A model generated the notes under the pieces. That model searched no databases, had not been told where the DNA came from, and was given only the letters and a program-made list of their open reading frames with translations. Source: Dehalococcoidia bacterium (lineage in GTDB: Bacteria > Chloroflexota > Dehalococcoidia > Lucifugimonadales > UBA2985). From it: a DNA stretch of 64,000 nucleotides. Below are positions 17,174-26,384 of the stretch, piece by piece. How positions within the stretch are numbered: the stretch's first letter is position 1; each line of letters starts with the position of its first letter. Position numbers and translations under genes: made by a program. The stretch spans positions 6,865 through 70,864 of the forward strand of contig CAUZMC010000002.1 in assembly GCA_963580875.1 (NCBI GenBank), read 5' to 3'.

Positions 17174-17602
17174 ATGTTAGGAGTTCTTTTCGGTCTCTTG
17201 GCTGCGACCTGTTGGGGATTCAGTGCCATATTGGTACGTCTGGGCCTACAGTATATTCGTCCAACCACCGGTACCTGGGTGTCAGTGATTCCAGGATCCA
17301 TCTTTGTCATGGCTCTGGCGGTGGTGTTCAACTGGGATGATATCACGTCTCTGGCGGCGATAGCATTTGTATGGTTTGCCCTTGGCGGGTTGTTTAATTT
17401 TGCCCTGGGACGTTTTCTCAATGCCGTCAGTATTCAAAAAGCAGGGGTTGCCAGGGCCACACCTCTGTTTAGTACCGCACCTCTTTTTGCAACCATATTG
17501 GCCATAATCTTTCTTGGAGAGAGCGTTACTCCTTGGCTTCTGCTGGGAACCATGACTATTGTCAGCGGTATTGCACTCATAACAAGTGAGCAGGTACGTT
17601 GA
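17174..17602 (+). CDS. half-size EamA/DMT-superfamily transporter subunit (single EamA domain)
   Basis: 142 aa with about 4-5 hydrophobic helices and an EamA-like C-terminal block (FLGESVTPWLLLGTMTIVSGIALI). Its stop overlaps the start of the next EamA half. Confidence 0.75.
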   Translation: MLGVLFGLLAATCWGFSAILVRLGLQYIRPTTGTWVSVIPGSIFVMALAVVFNWDDITSLAAIAFVWFALGGLFNFALGRFLNAVSIQKAGVARATPLFSTAPLFATILAIIFLGESVTPWLLLGTMTIVSGIALITSEQVR

Positions 17603-18078
17603 AAAGCATTCAGTCGTTGATCGGCAATAAAGGCAATATTTGGATGGGTTATGCGGCCGGAATAGGTGCGGCTGTAGCCTATGGCGCTTCGCAGACTGTC
17701 GGTAAGCACGTAACCAGTGAATTTGCTACACCTCTGGTTGGCACCGCCTTTTCTCTGGTATTTGGATTTTTGTACGTCTCAGTCATGTTCCATCGTCACA
17801 TACCAAATGACCTGCGAACATCCCCACGTCGCGGGTTCTTGTGGTTCGGGCTGTCTGGAATTGCCTCAGCGTCAGGTGTTACATTGCTTTACTTTGCGCT
17901 CAGCAATGCGCCACTTGTGGTAGTCTCACCAGTGGTCGCCATAAATCCTCTCATAACGCTTACACTGGCCCATTTCTTCCTGCACAAACTCGAGAAGATT
18001 ACCAAGCGGACGATTATGGGTACTGTTCTAGTGGTTCTTGGCGTTGTCATCATAACCGTAAGCAAAGGCGTTTCATGA
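17599..18078 (+). CDS. half-size EamA/DMT-superfamily transporter subunit (single EamA domain)
   Basis: 159 aa. The TTG start overlaps the upstream TGA (TTGA at 17599-17602); an ATG alternative is at 17644. It has about 5 hydrophobic helices and ends with an EamA-like block (FFLHKLEKITKRTIMGTVLVVLGVVII). Confidence 0.7.
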   Translation: MKSIQSLIGNKGNIWMGYAAGIGAAVAYGASQTVGKHVTSEFATPLVGTAFSLVFGFLYVSVMFHRHIPNDLRTSPRRGFLWFGLSGIASASGVTLLYFALSNAPLVVVSPVVAINPLITLTLAHFFLHKLEKITKRTIMGTVLVVLGVVIITVSKGVS

Positions 18079-18106
18079 TAGCAACGGCATTAAAGGTTGG
18101 ATTGAT

Positions 18107-18241
18107 ATGACTGCCATAGTGCTTGCGATGGTTCTCATTGTCGCCCTGTTTATCTTTGGCATGGTTGCAATTATTTGGCTTTTGCGCCTCTACGACAGGC
18201 TGTTCCCAGAGAAAGAGAATGGGCCGAAGAGAGACGATTAG
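18107..18241 (+). CDS. possible small single-pass membrane protein (44 aa; below the ORF-track size cutoff)
   Basis: ATG at 18107 translates to MTAIVLAMVLIVALFIFGMVAIIWLLRLYDRLFPEKENGPKRDD, one TM helix with a charged tail. The SD is weak. The overlapping 64-aa minus-strand ORF looks like a shadow. Confidence 0.3.
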   Translation: MTAIVLAMVLIVALFIFGMVAIIWLLRLYDRLFPEKENGPKRDD

Positions 18242-18295
18242 CAAGAATCGCCTGGGCGATAGGACAGTTCTCCTGACTGGTGGATGGAGAAGGCG

Positions 18296-20101
18296 TTAGA
18301 ACTGCTTGTAGCTGTTGACTATGGGTAGACGACGATCACGTCCAAATGAGCGAGGAGTAATTTTCAATCCGGGTGGAGCTTGACGGCGTTTGTACTCGTT
18401 GCGGTTCACCATAGTTATGACCATCTGAACGGTTTCCTTATCAAAACCCATCTCCACGATGTCTGAGAGGCTGCGGTCATCTTCCACATAAGCCTTAAGG
18501 ATGGGGTCGAGAATCTCGTATGGTGGAAGTGTGTCCTGGTCAGTCTGGTCTGGCTTTAGCTCAGCTGTTGGGGCCTTGTTAATCACATTGACTGGGATTA
18601 CGCCCTTGGGTTCGCCGTGGGAGTTACGGTGCTTTGACAACTCGTACACCAGCACCTTGGAGACATCCTTGATGACCGCAAGGCCGCCGGCCATGTCTCC
18701 GTAGAGAGTGGCATAGCCGGTTGCCATCTCGCTCTTGTTGCCTGTGGTGAGAACCATACAGCCGAACTTATTGGATATACCCATGAGGATGTTCCCACGG
18801 ATGCGTGTCTGGAGGTTTTCTTCGGCCACATCTGATTCTCTACCCTTGAATGGTTCTGATAGCATATGCAACATGGCCTGAAAAGCCTCTTCTATTGGCA
18901 CTGTGATCAGTTTTATTCCAAGGTTGCTGGCCAGAGCCTTGGCATCCAGAAGGCTGCCATCTGAGGAATATCTGGATGGCATGGCGACTCCAAGGACGTT
19001 GTCCTTGCCTAGCGCGTCTACGGCTATGGCTGAGGTAAGTGTAGAGTCGATTCCGCCGGAGAGGCCGATGACGACCTTTTGGAAGCCGCATTTTCTTACG
19101 TAATCTCTGGTGCCAATGACCAGCGCTGAGTATATCTCCGCAAGGGGTTCCATAGGGTCGCAGAGGTGGTTTCCCAGTGATGCCTTGGGTTTCTCCTGGG
19201 TGTGGGTTGAGTGTTGGATAACTTTTGGTGTGCCTATGGCAACGAGTACGGACCCGTCATTGCGTGAGCCTGAGTTTTGAATGCGATGGTTAAAGATATC
19301 GTCCACGTCAAGGTCTGCCACAACTAGGTCTTCCTCAAATTGTTTGCCACGTGCGACTATCTTGCCAACCTTGTCGAAAATTGTGCTGCCTCCGTCGAAG
19401 ATAAGTTCGTCCTGTCCTCCAATCATGTTGGTGTAGGAGACATATACGCCGTTGTCTGAGGCTCGCGAGGACACCATGTCCTCCCTGAACACGCGTTTGC
19501 CAGCGTAGTATGGGGAGGCGTTTATGTTTACGATGACTTCGGCGCCAGCTTTTCTCTGCACAGTGGTTGGGCCTGTGGGGTACCAGATGTCCTCACAGAT
19601 GTTGATTCCTATGTGGATGCCGTTGATGACAAAGACCGGACATTGGTTGCCAGCCTTGAAGTATCTGTCCTCGTCAAAGACGCCGTAATTGGGCAGGTAT
19701 ATTTTGTGATAGATGCCAAGGAGTTGGCCGTTGTGGGCGATGGCTGCGGCGTTGTATATGTTGTCTTGGGAGTCTACGAAGCCCACTACGACTGTGATGC
19801 CTTGGGAAGCGGAGACCACCTGGTGCATCTTCTGGATGTTGGCCTGTATGAAGGAAGTCTGGAAGAGGAGGTCTTCCGGTGGATAGCCTGTAATTGCCAT
19901 CTCTGGGAAGGCTACGAGGTCGGCCTGCTGTGTCTTGGCTTGCTGGATATAGTCTAAGATTTTGGATGTGTTACCGTCAAGGTCACCGACGGTTGTGTTA
20001 ATTTGAGCCATGGCCAAGCGTAGCTTACGCAATGTGATCGCTCCCTTGCCCTTTGGTGCCTTTGGCCAAGAGTATAGCATATTGATAGTCCTGTTCCGCA
20101 T
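18296..20101 (-). CDS. nadE: glutamine-dependent NAD+ synthetase (N-terminal nitrilase/CN-hydrolase domain plus C-terminal NAD synthetase domain)
   Basis: 601-aa ORF. CN-hydrolase blocks are present (LRLAMAQIN..VGD, FPEMAITGYPPEDL, ICEDIWYP). The PP-loop is GLSGGIDS. The true start is probably internal, near 20032 (TTG giving MRKLRLAMAQ). Confidence 0.9.
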   Translation of the reverse strand: MRNRTINMLYSWPKAPKGKGAITLRKLRLAMAQINTTVGDLDGNTSKILDYIQQAKTQQADLVAFPEMAITGYPPEDLLFQTSFIQANIQKMHQVVSASQGITVVVGFVDSQDNIYNAAAIAHNGQLLGIYHKIYLPNYGVFDEDRYFKAGNQCPVFVINGIHIGINICEDIWYPTGPTTVQRKAGAEVIVNINASPYYAGKRVFREDMVSSRASDNGVYVSYTNMIGGQDELIFDGGSTIFDKVGKIVARGKQFEEDLVVADLDVDDIFNHRIQNSGSRNDGSVLVAIGTPKVIQHSTHTQEKPKASLGNHLCDPMEPLAEIYSALVIGTRDYVRKCGFQKVVIGLSGGIDSTLTSAIAVDALGKDNVLGVAMPSRYSSDGSLLDAKALASNLGIKLITVPIEEAFQAMLHMLSEPFKGRESDVAEENLQTRIRGNILMGISNKFGCMVLTTGNKSEMATGYATLYGDMAGGLAVIKDVSKVLVYELSKHRNSHGEPKGVIPVNVINKAPTAELKPDQTDQDTLPPYEILDPILKAYVEDDRSLSDIVEMGFDKETVQMVITMVNRNEYKRRQAPPGLKITPRSFGRDRRLPIVNSYKQF

Positions 20102-20276
20102 TTAACGGTTATTGTGTCGACCTTAACATATGTGAACATATGTGTCTGAGAACAGGAGCCTTAGATGGTGTAATATGCTAGTTAAGGTATTGTTGGTGCG
20201 TCTTGGCTGGATTGGCGATTGTCATCACAATCACCAATAATTTCCTGAGATCTATTTTAGATAATACAGAGGCAAT

Positions 20277-20585
20277 ATGCTCGTATTCGATGAAAATATC
20301 ACAATAAAGGACAGGGCCGGAAATGCTGTTGGAAGGTGTCGTATGCTCGGCTGGGTCACTGTCAGTGACAGTGGTCTGAAAAGTTGGAAGGGTGAGTTAT
20401 TGGCTATTGCAGGAATACCTCTCGATTTCGATTTTCCATCGATAGAGAAGAGTGGTCTGGAAATCGAGTGCGAGGATGGCGCCGCGGCGAAAATACTCAC
20501 TCCAATGATTGAGGACGCTCGGAGTTTTGGGTATAGATGTACCTTCGAGGGCATTTGGCCACCGCCTAGACAGATTGTTCTGTAA
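20277..20585 (+). CDS. hypothetical protein
   Basis: 102 aa. The composition is protein-like, unlike the low-complexity overlapping minus-strand ORF 20252..20554. I recognise no family. Confidence 0.35.
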   Translation: MLVFDENITIKDRAGNAVGRCRMLGWVTVSDSGLKSWKGELLAIAGIPLDFDFPSIEKSGLEIECEDGAAAKILTPMIEDARSFGYRCTFEGIWPPPRQIVL

Positions 20586-20673
20586 GTTCAAAATAGGCTC
20601 TGGTGTTGTACTTAACACTGGTATGGGCTGATTTCCAAAGAAGCAGTACTTGGAATGGTAAGGAGGTAGAACT

Positions 20674-20943
20674 GTGGTTACAAAGCCTTATGTTCTAATC
20701 GAAGCAGCGGTTGGTAAGACCAAAGATGTGTTTAATGCCGTTCAAGGGATTCATGGAGTCAGAGATGTCGATGCGGTGATCGTAGAGTACGATATTGCAT
20801 CTGTGTTTGAGGCAGATAACGCTGAACAGCGTTGTGGATTTGGTTATTGGCAGCATCCACTCCATAGACGGGATACATGCTATGGCGACATATCTCTCAG
20901 CGAGTGTGGAGTAAAGGCTATGGCGCTTGCCACTCATGGATGA
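20674..20943 (+). CDS. stand-alone Lrp/AsnC ligand-binding (RAM) domain protein, apparently frameshifted near 20820
   Basis: GTG start with AAGGAGGT upstream. The N-terminal 49 aa (MVTKPYVLIEAAVGKTKDVFNAVQGIHGVRDVDAVIVEYDIASVFEADN) fit the RAM-domain pattern. The remainder fits only in the +1 frame (LNSVVDLVIGSIHSIDGIHAMATYLSASVE, stop at 20912-20914). Confidence 0.6.
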   Translation: MVTKPYVLIEAAVGKTKDVFNAVQGIHGVRDVDAVIVEYDIASVFEADNAEQRCGFGYWQHPLHRRDTCYGDISLSECGVKAMALATHG

Positions 20944-21280
20944 GGAATGCATCTTTTGCAGGATTGGATGTGGGGAGATTCCTGCCGATTTCCTTTATAG
21001 TGACGATCAGGCATTTGTCATCATGGATATCAGTCCCAAGACGCCGATACATCTTTTGGTGATGCCGTTTGAACATGTGACTTATCTTGAGTCGTTTACC
21101 CAGGATAGGGAGGCTTTGCTGGGGCACATGATGTTGGTGGCACGTGAGATGGCCCAACGCGAGGGCCTGATGGAGTCTGGGTATCGTCTGGTTATCAACC
21201 AGGGAGCTGACTCTGGTCAGGAAATGCAGCATCTGCACCTACACGTTTTGGGAGGGCGTCGTCTTGGTGACATGGGATAA
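20927..21280 (+). CDS. HIT-family (histidine triad) nucleotide hydrolase/transferase
   Basis: CIFCRI..GEIPA at the N-terminus and the triad HLHLHVLGG. An alternative start is at 20936 (MDEECIFC). Confidence 0.88.
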   Translation: MPLMDEECIFCRIGCGEIPADFLYSDDQAFVIMDISPKTPIHLLVMPFEHVTYLESFTQDREALLGHMMLVAREMAQREGLMESGYRLVINQGADSGQEMQHLHLHVLGGRRLGDMG

Positions 21281-21312
21281 TCTTGAATTTTCTGCAAATA
21301 TGAGATGATGTT

Positions 21313-21663
21313 ATGGTAGAGTGGTTATGGAAAAGGGGGGAGCTTTTGGCATTTAACGAGGTTAAACTAGAGGAAGATGGTGTCCATATCCTATGGGATG
21401 ACGAACACGCTAGCTATTATCCACACAGGTTTCTTAGGGGGCACTGTTGTTGCGCCGGTTGTGTGGAGGAGATGACTGGTAGACGCAGGGTGGCGGAGGA
21501 AGATGTGCGGGAAAACGTTCAGGCGGTGGACTGGATGCAGATAGGTAGATACGCCGTGCAGTTCTTGTGGAGTGATACACATGATTCAGGTATATACCCA
21601 TATGATTTGCTGCGGAAACTGTGTCGCTGCTCCGAATGTTTGGCAGGGGAAAGCAACATCTAA
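21313..21663 (+). CDS. DUF971-family protein (gamma-butyrobetaine-hydroxylase-N-terminal-like Zn-binding domain)
   Basis: 116 aa with the pattern ILWDDEHASYYPHRFLRGHCCCAGC ... VQFLWSDTHDSGIYPYDLLRKLC. Confidence 0.7.
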   Translation: MVEWLWKRGELLAFNEVKLEEDGVHILWDDEHASYYPHRFLRGHCCCAGCVEEMTGRRRVAEEDVRENVQAVDWMQIGRYAVQFLWSDTHDSGIYPYDLLRKLCRCSECLAGESNI

Positions 21664-21784
21664 GGTATGATATTGTCCTTGACACTCAACGGTTCCTGGG
21701 CTTACCATCAAACGATGTTCCATTGTGTGGAGTATCAGAATATTATGGGCTAATTAGCCCGAACAGAAAGGAAGGTGAAGGACA

Positions 21785-23311
21785 GTGGAAACATTGATAA
21801 TTGTCCTTGCCGTCCTCGCGGCCCTAGGAATAGGGACAGCAACCGGATTCTTTTTCAGAGCTAGTATATTAGGTAGGAAGATGAAGAATGCTGGGGAGGA
21901 ATCCTCTCGCATATTGGAGGAGGCTGAGGAACAGCGTAAGAGAACTCTCTTGGAAGCCAAGGAAGAATCCTTGGCTTTACGCACTTCGACGGAGGTTGAC
22001 CTTAGGGGACGGCGTTCAGAGTTGCAGAGCCAAGAACAGAGGCTGACCAATCGAGAAGAGAACATCGAGAGGCGCTCGGATAACTTGGACATCAAAGAAA
22101 ATAGCCAGGTTACTCGAGAAAAAGAGTTGGATGATGGACATGCCGAACTTGATGGCATGAAGAACCAACAAACAGCAATCTTGGAGAACCTCGCAGCTCT
22201 TTCTGCTAATGACGCTAGGGATATTCTCATGAAGAAGGCCGAAGAAGAGATTCAGTACGATGTGGCTCGTCGATATCGGGACGCTGAGCAGATTGCTAAG
22301 GGTGAAGCAGACCAGAATGCCCGCAAGGTTCTGACTCTTGCGATCCATCGCTTGGCTTCCGACGTAGTCTCTGAGAACACGGTTAAGTCAATCCCAATTC
22401 CAAGCGACGACATGAAGGGTCGTCTTATAGGCCGCGAGGGGCGGAACATTCGCGCAATAGAAGCTGCGACAGGGGTAGACCTGATTATAGATGATACACC
22501 TGAGGCAGTTACTATTTCCTGCTTCGATCCAGTACGGCGAGAGGTGGCACGACTGGCCATCACCAAACTCGTTGCAGATGGCAGGATACATCCGGCTAGG
22601 GTAGAAGAGGTTGTTGAGAAGACGCGCGAAGAGGTTGAAGAGAACATCCGTGAAGAGGGTGAAAAGGCTGTATTTGACGCAAAAGTCATGGGCCTGAATC
22701 CCGAACTTATCAAACTGTTTGGTCGGTTGAAGTATCGCTACAGCTATGGAGAGAATATTCTCCAGCATAGCGTGGAGGTCTCCAGACTGGCTGGAATGAT
22801 TGCCGGAGAGATTGGTGCAAATATAGAGATTGCTAAAGTTGGAGGCTTGCTGCACGATATTGGCAAGGCTCTGACTCACGAGGTGGAAGGATCTCATGCG
22901 GAGATCGGTGCCGATGTGGCACGCAAGTATGGAATACCATATGAGATAGAACGTGCCATTATGGAGCACCATGACGAAGAACGTGGGTCTGTGGAGGCCT
23001 TCATAGTGGCAGCTGCGGATGCCATGAGTGCTTCTCGCCCTGGGTCACGTAGGGATAGTGTGGAGCACTATGCCAAGAGGCTGGAAGCTCTAGAAGAGGT
23101 TGCACTAAGCTTCCCAGGTGTGGAGAAGTGTTATGCCATTCAGGCGGGCCGCGAGGTGCGTATTTTGGTCAAATCAGGTGAAGTGGATGATGTGACATCT
23201 GCCAAACTTGCTAGGGACGTGGTAAAGAAGATTGAAGACACCTTGGTGTACCCAGGTTTAATAAAAGTCACGGTGATTCGTGAAACTAGGTCGGTGGAAT
23301 TCGCCCGCTAG
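21785..23311 (+). CDS. rny: ribonuclease Y
   Basis: GTG start and an N-terminal TM helix (LIIVLAVLAALGIGTATGFFF). A Glu/Lys/Arg-rich coiled region follows, then a KH domain (GRLIGREGRNIRAIEAATGVDLIIDD) and an HD domain (HSVEVSRLAGMIA...LLHDIGK). Confidence 0.93.
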   Translation: METLIIVLAVLAALGIGTATGFFFRASILGRKMKNAGEESSRILEEAEEQRKRTLLEAKEESLALRTSTEVDLRGRRSELQSQEQRLTNREENIERRSDNLDIKENSQVTREKELDDGHAELDGMKNQQTAILENLAALSANDARDILMKKAEEEIQYDVARRYRDAEQIAKGEADQNARKVLTLAIHRLASDVVSENTVKSIPIPSDDMKGRLIGREGRNIRAIEAATGVDLIIDDTPEAVTISCFDPVRREVARLAITKLVADGRIHPARVEEVVEKTREEVEENIREEGEKAVFDAKVMGLNPELIKLFGRLKYRYSYGENILQHSVEVSRLAGMIAGEIGANIEIAKVGGLLHDIGKALTHEVEGSHAEIGADVARKYGIPYEIERAIMEHHDEERGSVEAFIVAAADAMSASRPGSRRDSVEHYAKRLEALEEVALSFPGVEKCYAIQAGREVRILVKSGEVDDVTSAKLARDVVKKIEDTLVYPGLIKVTVIRETRSVEFAR

Positions 23312-23356
23312 GAAATCATTGGAAATTGCTCTTTTCAGTGGCGAATCTGTATTGTA

Positions 23357-24172
23357 GTGCTTTGTGCTAACCTGCTCAATGAGGGTCATCTGGGAGATGG
23401 TGATTTGCGGGTTTTGATGATTGGCGATGTGATCGGTAGACCTGGAAGAAGAGCCGTCGAGGCCTTGCTTCCAGGTCTACGCGATGAGTACAAAATAGAC
23501 CTTGTTGTGATAAACGGAGAGAATGCTGCCGCAGGTTTTGGTATTACTATAGAGACCGCTCAGGAATTGTTTGATAGCGGGGTTGACGTCATCACTTCTG
23601 GGAACCACATATGGGACCAGAAAGAGGTAATTCCCTATCTGGACACGGACGTGCCCATACTGCGGCCCTTGAACTATCCTCCTGCAACGCCAGGAAAAGG
23701 CTATGCCAGCGTGAATGGTGTCTTGGTAGTAAGCTTGATAGGCAGAGTGTTTGTTGGTAACTTCGACTGTCCTTTTCGTGCTATGGATGCACTGATAGAT
23801 GAATTTGGAGAAAGCCATCGGGTGATCATAGTAGACTTTCATGCTGAGGCCACTTCTGAGAAAGTGGCTTTGGGCTGGTACTTGGATGGCAGAGTAAGCG
23901 CAGTTGTTGGGACACATACACATGTGGGGACTGTGGATACGAGCATCTTAAATCAAGGTACGGCCTACGTTAGCGACCTAGGTATGGTAGGGCCGTCCCA
24001 TTCAGTGATAGGCAGCAATATAGAAGATGTTCTGGAGCGTTTCCTTAACCAAACTCCGCGTAGACTTACCGTCGCGAATGGGCCGGTCAAGTTTGGATCA
24101 GTAATGATTGATATAGATGAGAGTACCGGTAGAGCTACTCAGATTATTCGTGTGGATAGAGAGGTAAGGTAA
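23357..24172 (+). CDS. ymdB: YmdB-like metallophosphoesterase (2',3'-cyclic-nucleotide phosphodiesterase family)
   Basis: LRVLMIGDVIGRPGRRAV, VINGENAAAGFGIT, SGNHIWD, DFHAEATSEK, GTHTHV. The likely true start is the TTG at 23405, with GGAG upstream. The rny-ymdB order is conserved. Confidence 0.85.
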   Translation: MLCANLLNEGHLGDGDLRVLMIGDVIGRPGRRAVEALLPGLRDEYKIDLVVINGENAAAGFGITIETAQELFDSGVDVITSGNHIWDQKEVIPYLDTDVPILRPLNYPPATPGKGYASVNGVLVVSLIGRVFVGNFDCPFRAMDALIDEFGESHRVIIVDFHAEATSEKVALGWYLDGRVSAVVGTHTHVGTVDTSILNQGTAYVSDLGMVGPSHSVIGSNIEDVLERFLNQTPRRLTVANGPVKFGSVMIDIDESTGRATQIIRVDREVR

Positions 24173-24174
24173 TC

Positions 24175-25017
24175 ATGTCTCAAGTAGACCTCCATCTGCA
24201 TACCACATGTTCTGACGGTCGCTTGACTCCGGCGCAACTGATTGAGTTGGTGGCTGAAAGGGGTCTGCGCGTGGTGGCAATTACAGACCACGACTCTACA
24301 GAGGGACTTACTGCGGTTATGGAAGTGTCGAAGAAATTTCCACAACTTTCCATAATCCCAGGCATAGAACTAAGTACGGATATACCTGGTAATGAGATAC
24401 ACGTCCTCGGTTATTTCATACGTTACCACGACGCCAGTTTTCAGCAAACTCTGAGAGAGTTCAGGGACGGCAGGGTTGACCGGGCACGTGAGATGGTTGG
24501 CAAGCTGGCAGCATTGGGCCTGCCTGTGGACTGGGACAGAGTCCTTGAGTTGGCAGGTGGCGCTGTAGGACGCCCACACATTGCTCAAGCTATGGTAGAG
24601 AAGGGATATATTACCTATCCTCAAGAGGCATTTATTAAATATTTGGGACGTAACGGCCTTGCATATGCTGAAAGAGAAAAGTTGACTCCCTCGGAAGCGG
24701 TTAAGTTGATCGCTAGTGTGGGGGGGCTTCCAGTTCTGGCCCATCCTCGTGAGGTGGATAATGTGGAGCCGATGCTGCCGGAGTTGAAATCAGCTGGTCT
24801 GGTGGGTATGGAGGTTTACTATGGAACCTACAAACCGTCTGAGGTGAAGATCTTTGCGGCTATGGCCAAAAAGTACGGACTTATCCCCTGTGGTGGGAGC
24901 GACTATCATGCCCTGGGTACGCCTGAAGAGGTGGAGCCTGGGACAGTCGGACCGTCGATGGAGATTGCGGAAGAGCTCTATGCAATGGCTGGAAGCAAGA
25001 TTACTCTGAGCCAATGA
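24175..25017 (+). CDS. PHP-domain metal-dependent phosphoesterase (TrpH/YciV-like)
   Basis: VDLHLHTTCSDGRLTP..L......GLRVVAITDHDST.G, then HVLGYF, LAHP and GGSDYH. Confidence 0.85.
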   Translation: MSQVDLHLHTTCSDGRLTPAQLIELVAERGLRVVAITDHDSTEGLTAVMEVSKKFPQLSIIPGIELSTDIPGNEIHVLGYFIRYHDASFQQTLREFRDGRVDRAREMVGKLAALGLPVDWDRVLELAGGAVGRPHIAQAMVEKGYITYPQEAFIKYLGRNGLAYAEREKLTPSEAVKLIASVGGLPVLAHPREVDNVEPMLPELKSAGLVGMEVYYGTYKPSEVKIFAAMAKKYGLIPCGGSDYHALGTPEEVEPGTVGPSMEIAEELYAMAGSKITLSQ

Positions 25018-25124
25018 GGGCCTTGGCTGCTGTTTGCATGTATTTGCCCAATGATCCCTGACTCCTCTATTTTATTAACTCGTTACTATGATATTGGCAT
25101 GCTCCAGGATAAGGAGACTATCTT

Positions 25125-25814
25125 ATGACGGAAATATGGATAGTTGTTCTAGCCTACCTCATAGGCTCCATACCTATGGCCTACATTATAGGATGGGCTT
25201 TGAAAAAAATAGATATTCGTCGTTATGGTAGCGGTAACGTGGGTACGTCAAACATATGGGTGCACGTTGGGAAATTGGCAGCGATTTCACTGGGAGCATT
25301 CGATATATTTGTGAAGGGGGCGTTTCCAGTATATCTGACACAAGAATTTGCCAATAGCCCGTGGATAGTCGTTATGTCTGGCCTGGCCACGGTCGTTGGA
25401 CATAACTGGTCGTTGTATTTGAAGTTCACGGGAGGAAGAGGCATTACTGTGGTCCTTGGTGTGCTGCTGGTGTTGGCCTGGAAGGAACTGGCTATAGGGT
25501 TGCTTATAACTCTGTTAGGGTGGCTTATTTCACGCAGTAGCGCTCTTTGGGTGGGGATATCCGTGGCGCTGATACCGGTGTGGAGTGTTGTATTTGGGGA
25601 ACCTCTTTACGTTAAGGTGTTATGCGTTGCTTTGTTGGTTATAGTGGCTGTCAAACGTGTGATGTCAAACCGTGGTACAGCTGCACAGAGGGTTTCCTGG
25701 AGAAACGTATTCTTCCAGCGGCTCATCTACGATAGAGATGTTTCCAGTAGGGACGAGTGGATCTACATGTCTCCTCCTGAAGCTGTAAGCGATGACAGAG
25801 ATGGAACAACTTAG
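25125..25814 (+). CDS. plsY: glycerol-3-phosphate acyltransferase PlsY (acyl-phosphate dependent)
   Basis: YLIGSIPMAYIIG, RRYGSGNVGTSN, HNWSLYLKFTGGRG. It is a multi-pass membrane protein of 229 aa. Confidence 0.88.
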   Translation: MTEIWIVVLAYLIGSIPMAYIIGWALKKIDIRRYGSGNVGTSNIWVHVGKLAAISLGAFDIFVKGAFPVYLTQEFANSPWIVVMSGLATVVGHNWSLYLKFTGGRGITVVLGVLLVLAWKELAIGLLITLLGWLISRSSALWVGISVALIPVWSVVFGEPLYVKVLCVALLVIVAVKRVMSNRGTAAQRVSWRNVFFQRLIYDRDVSSRDEWIYMSPPEAVSDDRDGTT

Positions 25815-25943
25815 TATTGCACTCGCCCCACGTATTGAGACTCGTCTTGGATGTAGTCAATGCTCTATGCGGGGGGACGTATATAGCTGCCAGTCGAGTG
25901 ATGTGAAGGCCACACATTATGTGGTAGCGTAGGCATTTCTTGC

Positions 25944-25972
25944 TTGCGCTGTTCTGAGGCCTCTGGTATATT
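25944..25972 (+). promoter_or_regulatory. candidate promoter for tRNA-Ala(GGC)
   Basis: TTGCGC (25944-49), a 17-nt spacer ending in TGG (extended -10-like TGn), then TATATT (25967-72). The tRNA starts 11 nt later. Confidence 0.4.
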
Positions 25973-25982
25973 GGACTTTCAC

Positions 25983-26055
25983 GGGGCTGTAGCTCAGTTG
26001 GGAGAGTACCTCAATGGCATTGAGGGGGTCAAGGGTTCGAATCCCTTCAGCTCCA
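25983..26055 (+). tRNA. tRNA-Ala (anticodon GGC)
   Basis: Acceptor is GGGGCTG/CAGCTCC with the G3:U70 alanine identity pair, anticodon stem CCTCA/TGAGG with loop ATGGCAT, T-loop TTCGAAT. No CCA is encoded. Confidence 0.9.
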
Positions 26056-26384
26056 CCTCTCGGGTCAATCAAGACCTGTCTCTTGATTGTTTTCATGGCA
26101 AAATGGCATAGTGAACCCGTATCGTATAGTTTCATGATATCGATCCCTTACGATTTCCGTGATGAAGGAACTGAGTACAATTCGGTGTTCACATACTGTG
26201 TCCAGATGGATAACTTCTGATTCAGGAGTGGAGTGTGCTCCCTTTATTTGTCCCCAGTCTTGTTCATGGTTCAACCGTACTCAGTGATACTTGGACAATA
26301 CCACGTGAATAGGGATCTTCAGTTGAAATTTAACTACTGACGTGCCACAATGGTGATCAAATAATCTACAAAGGAGGGTTTTCT

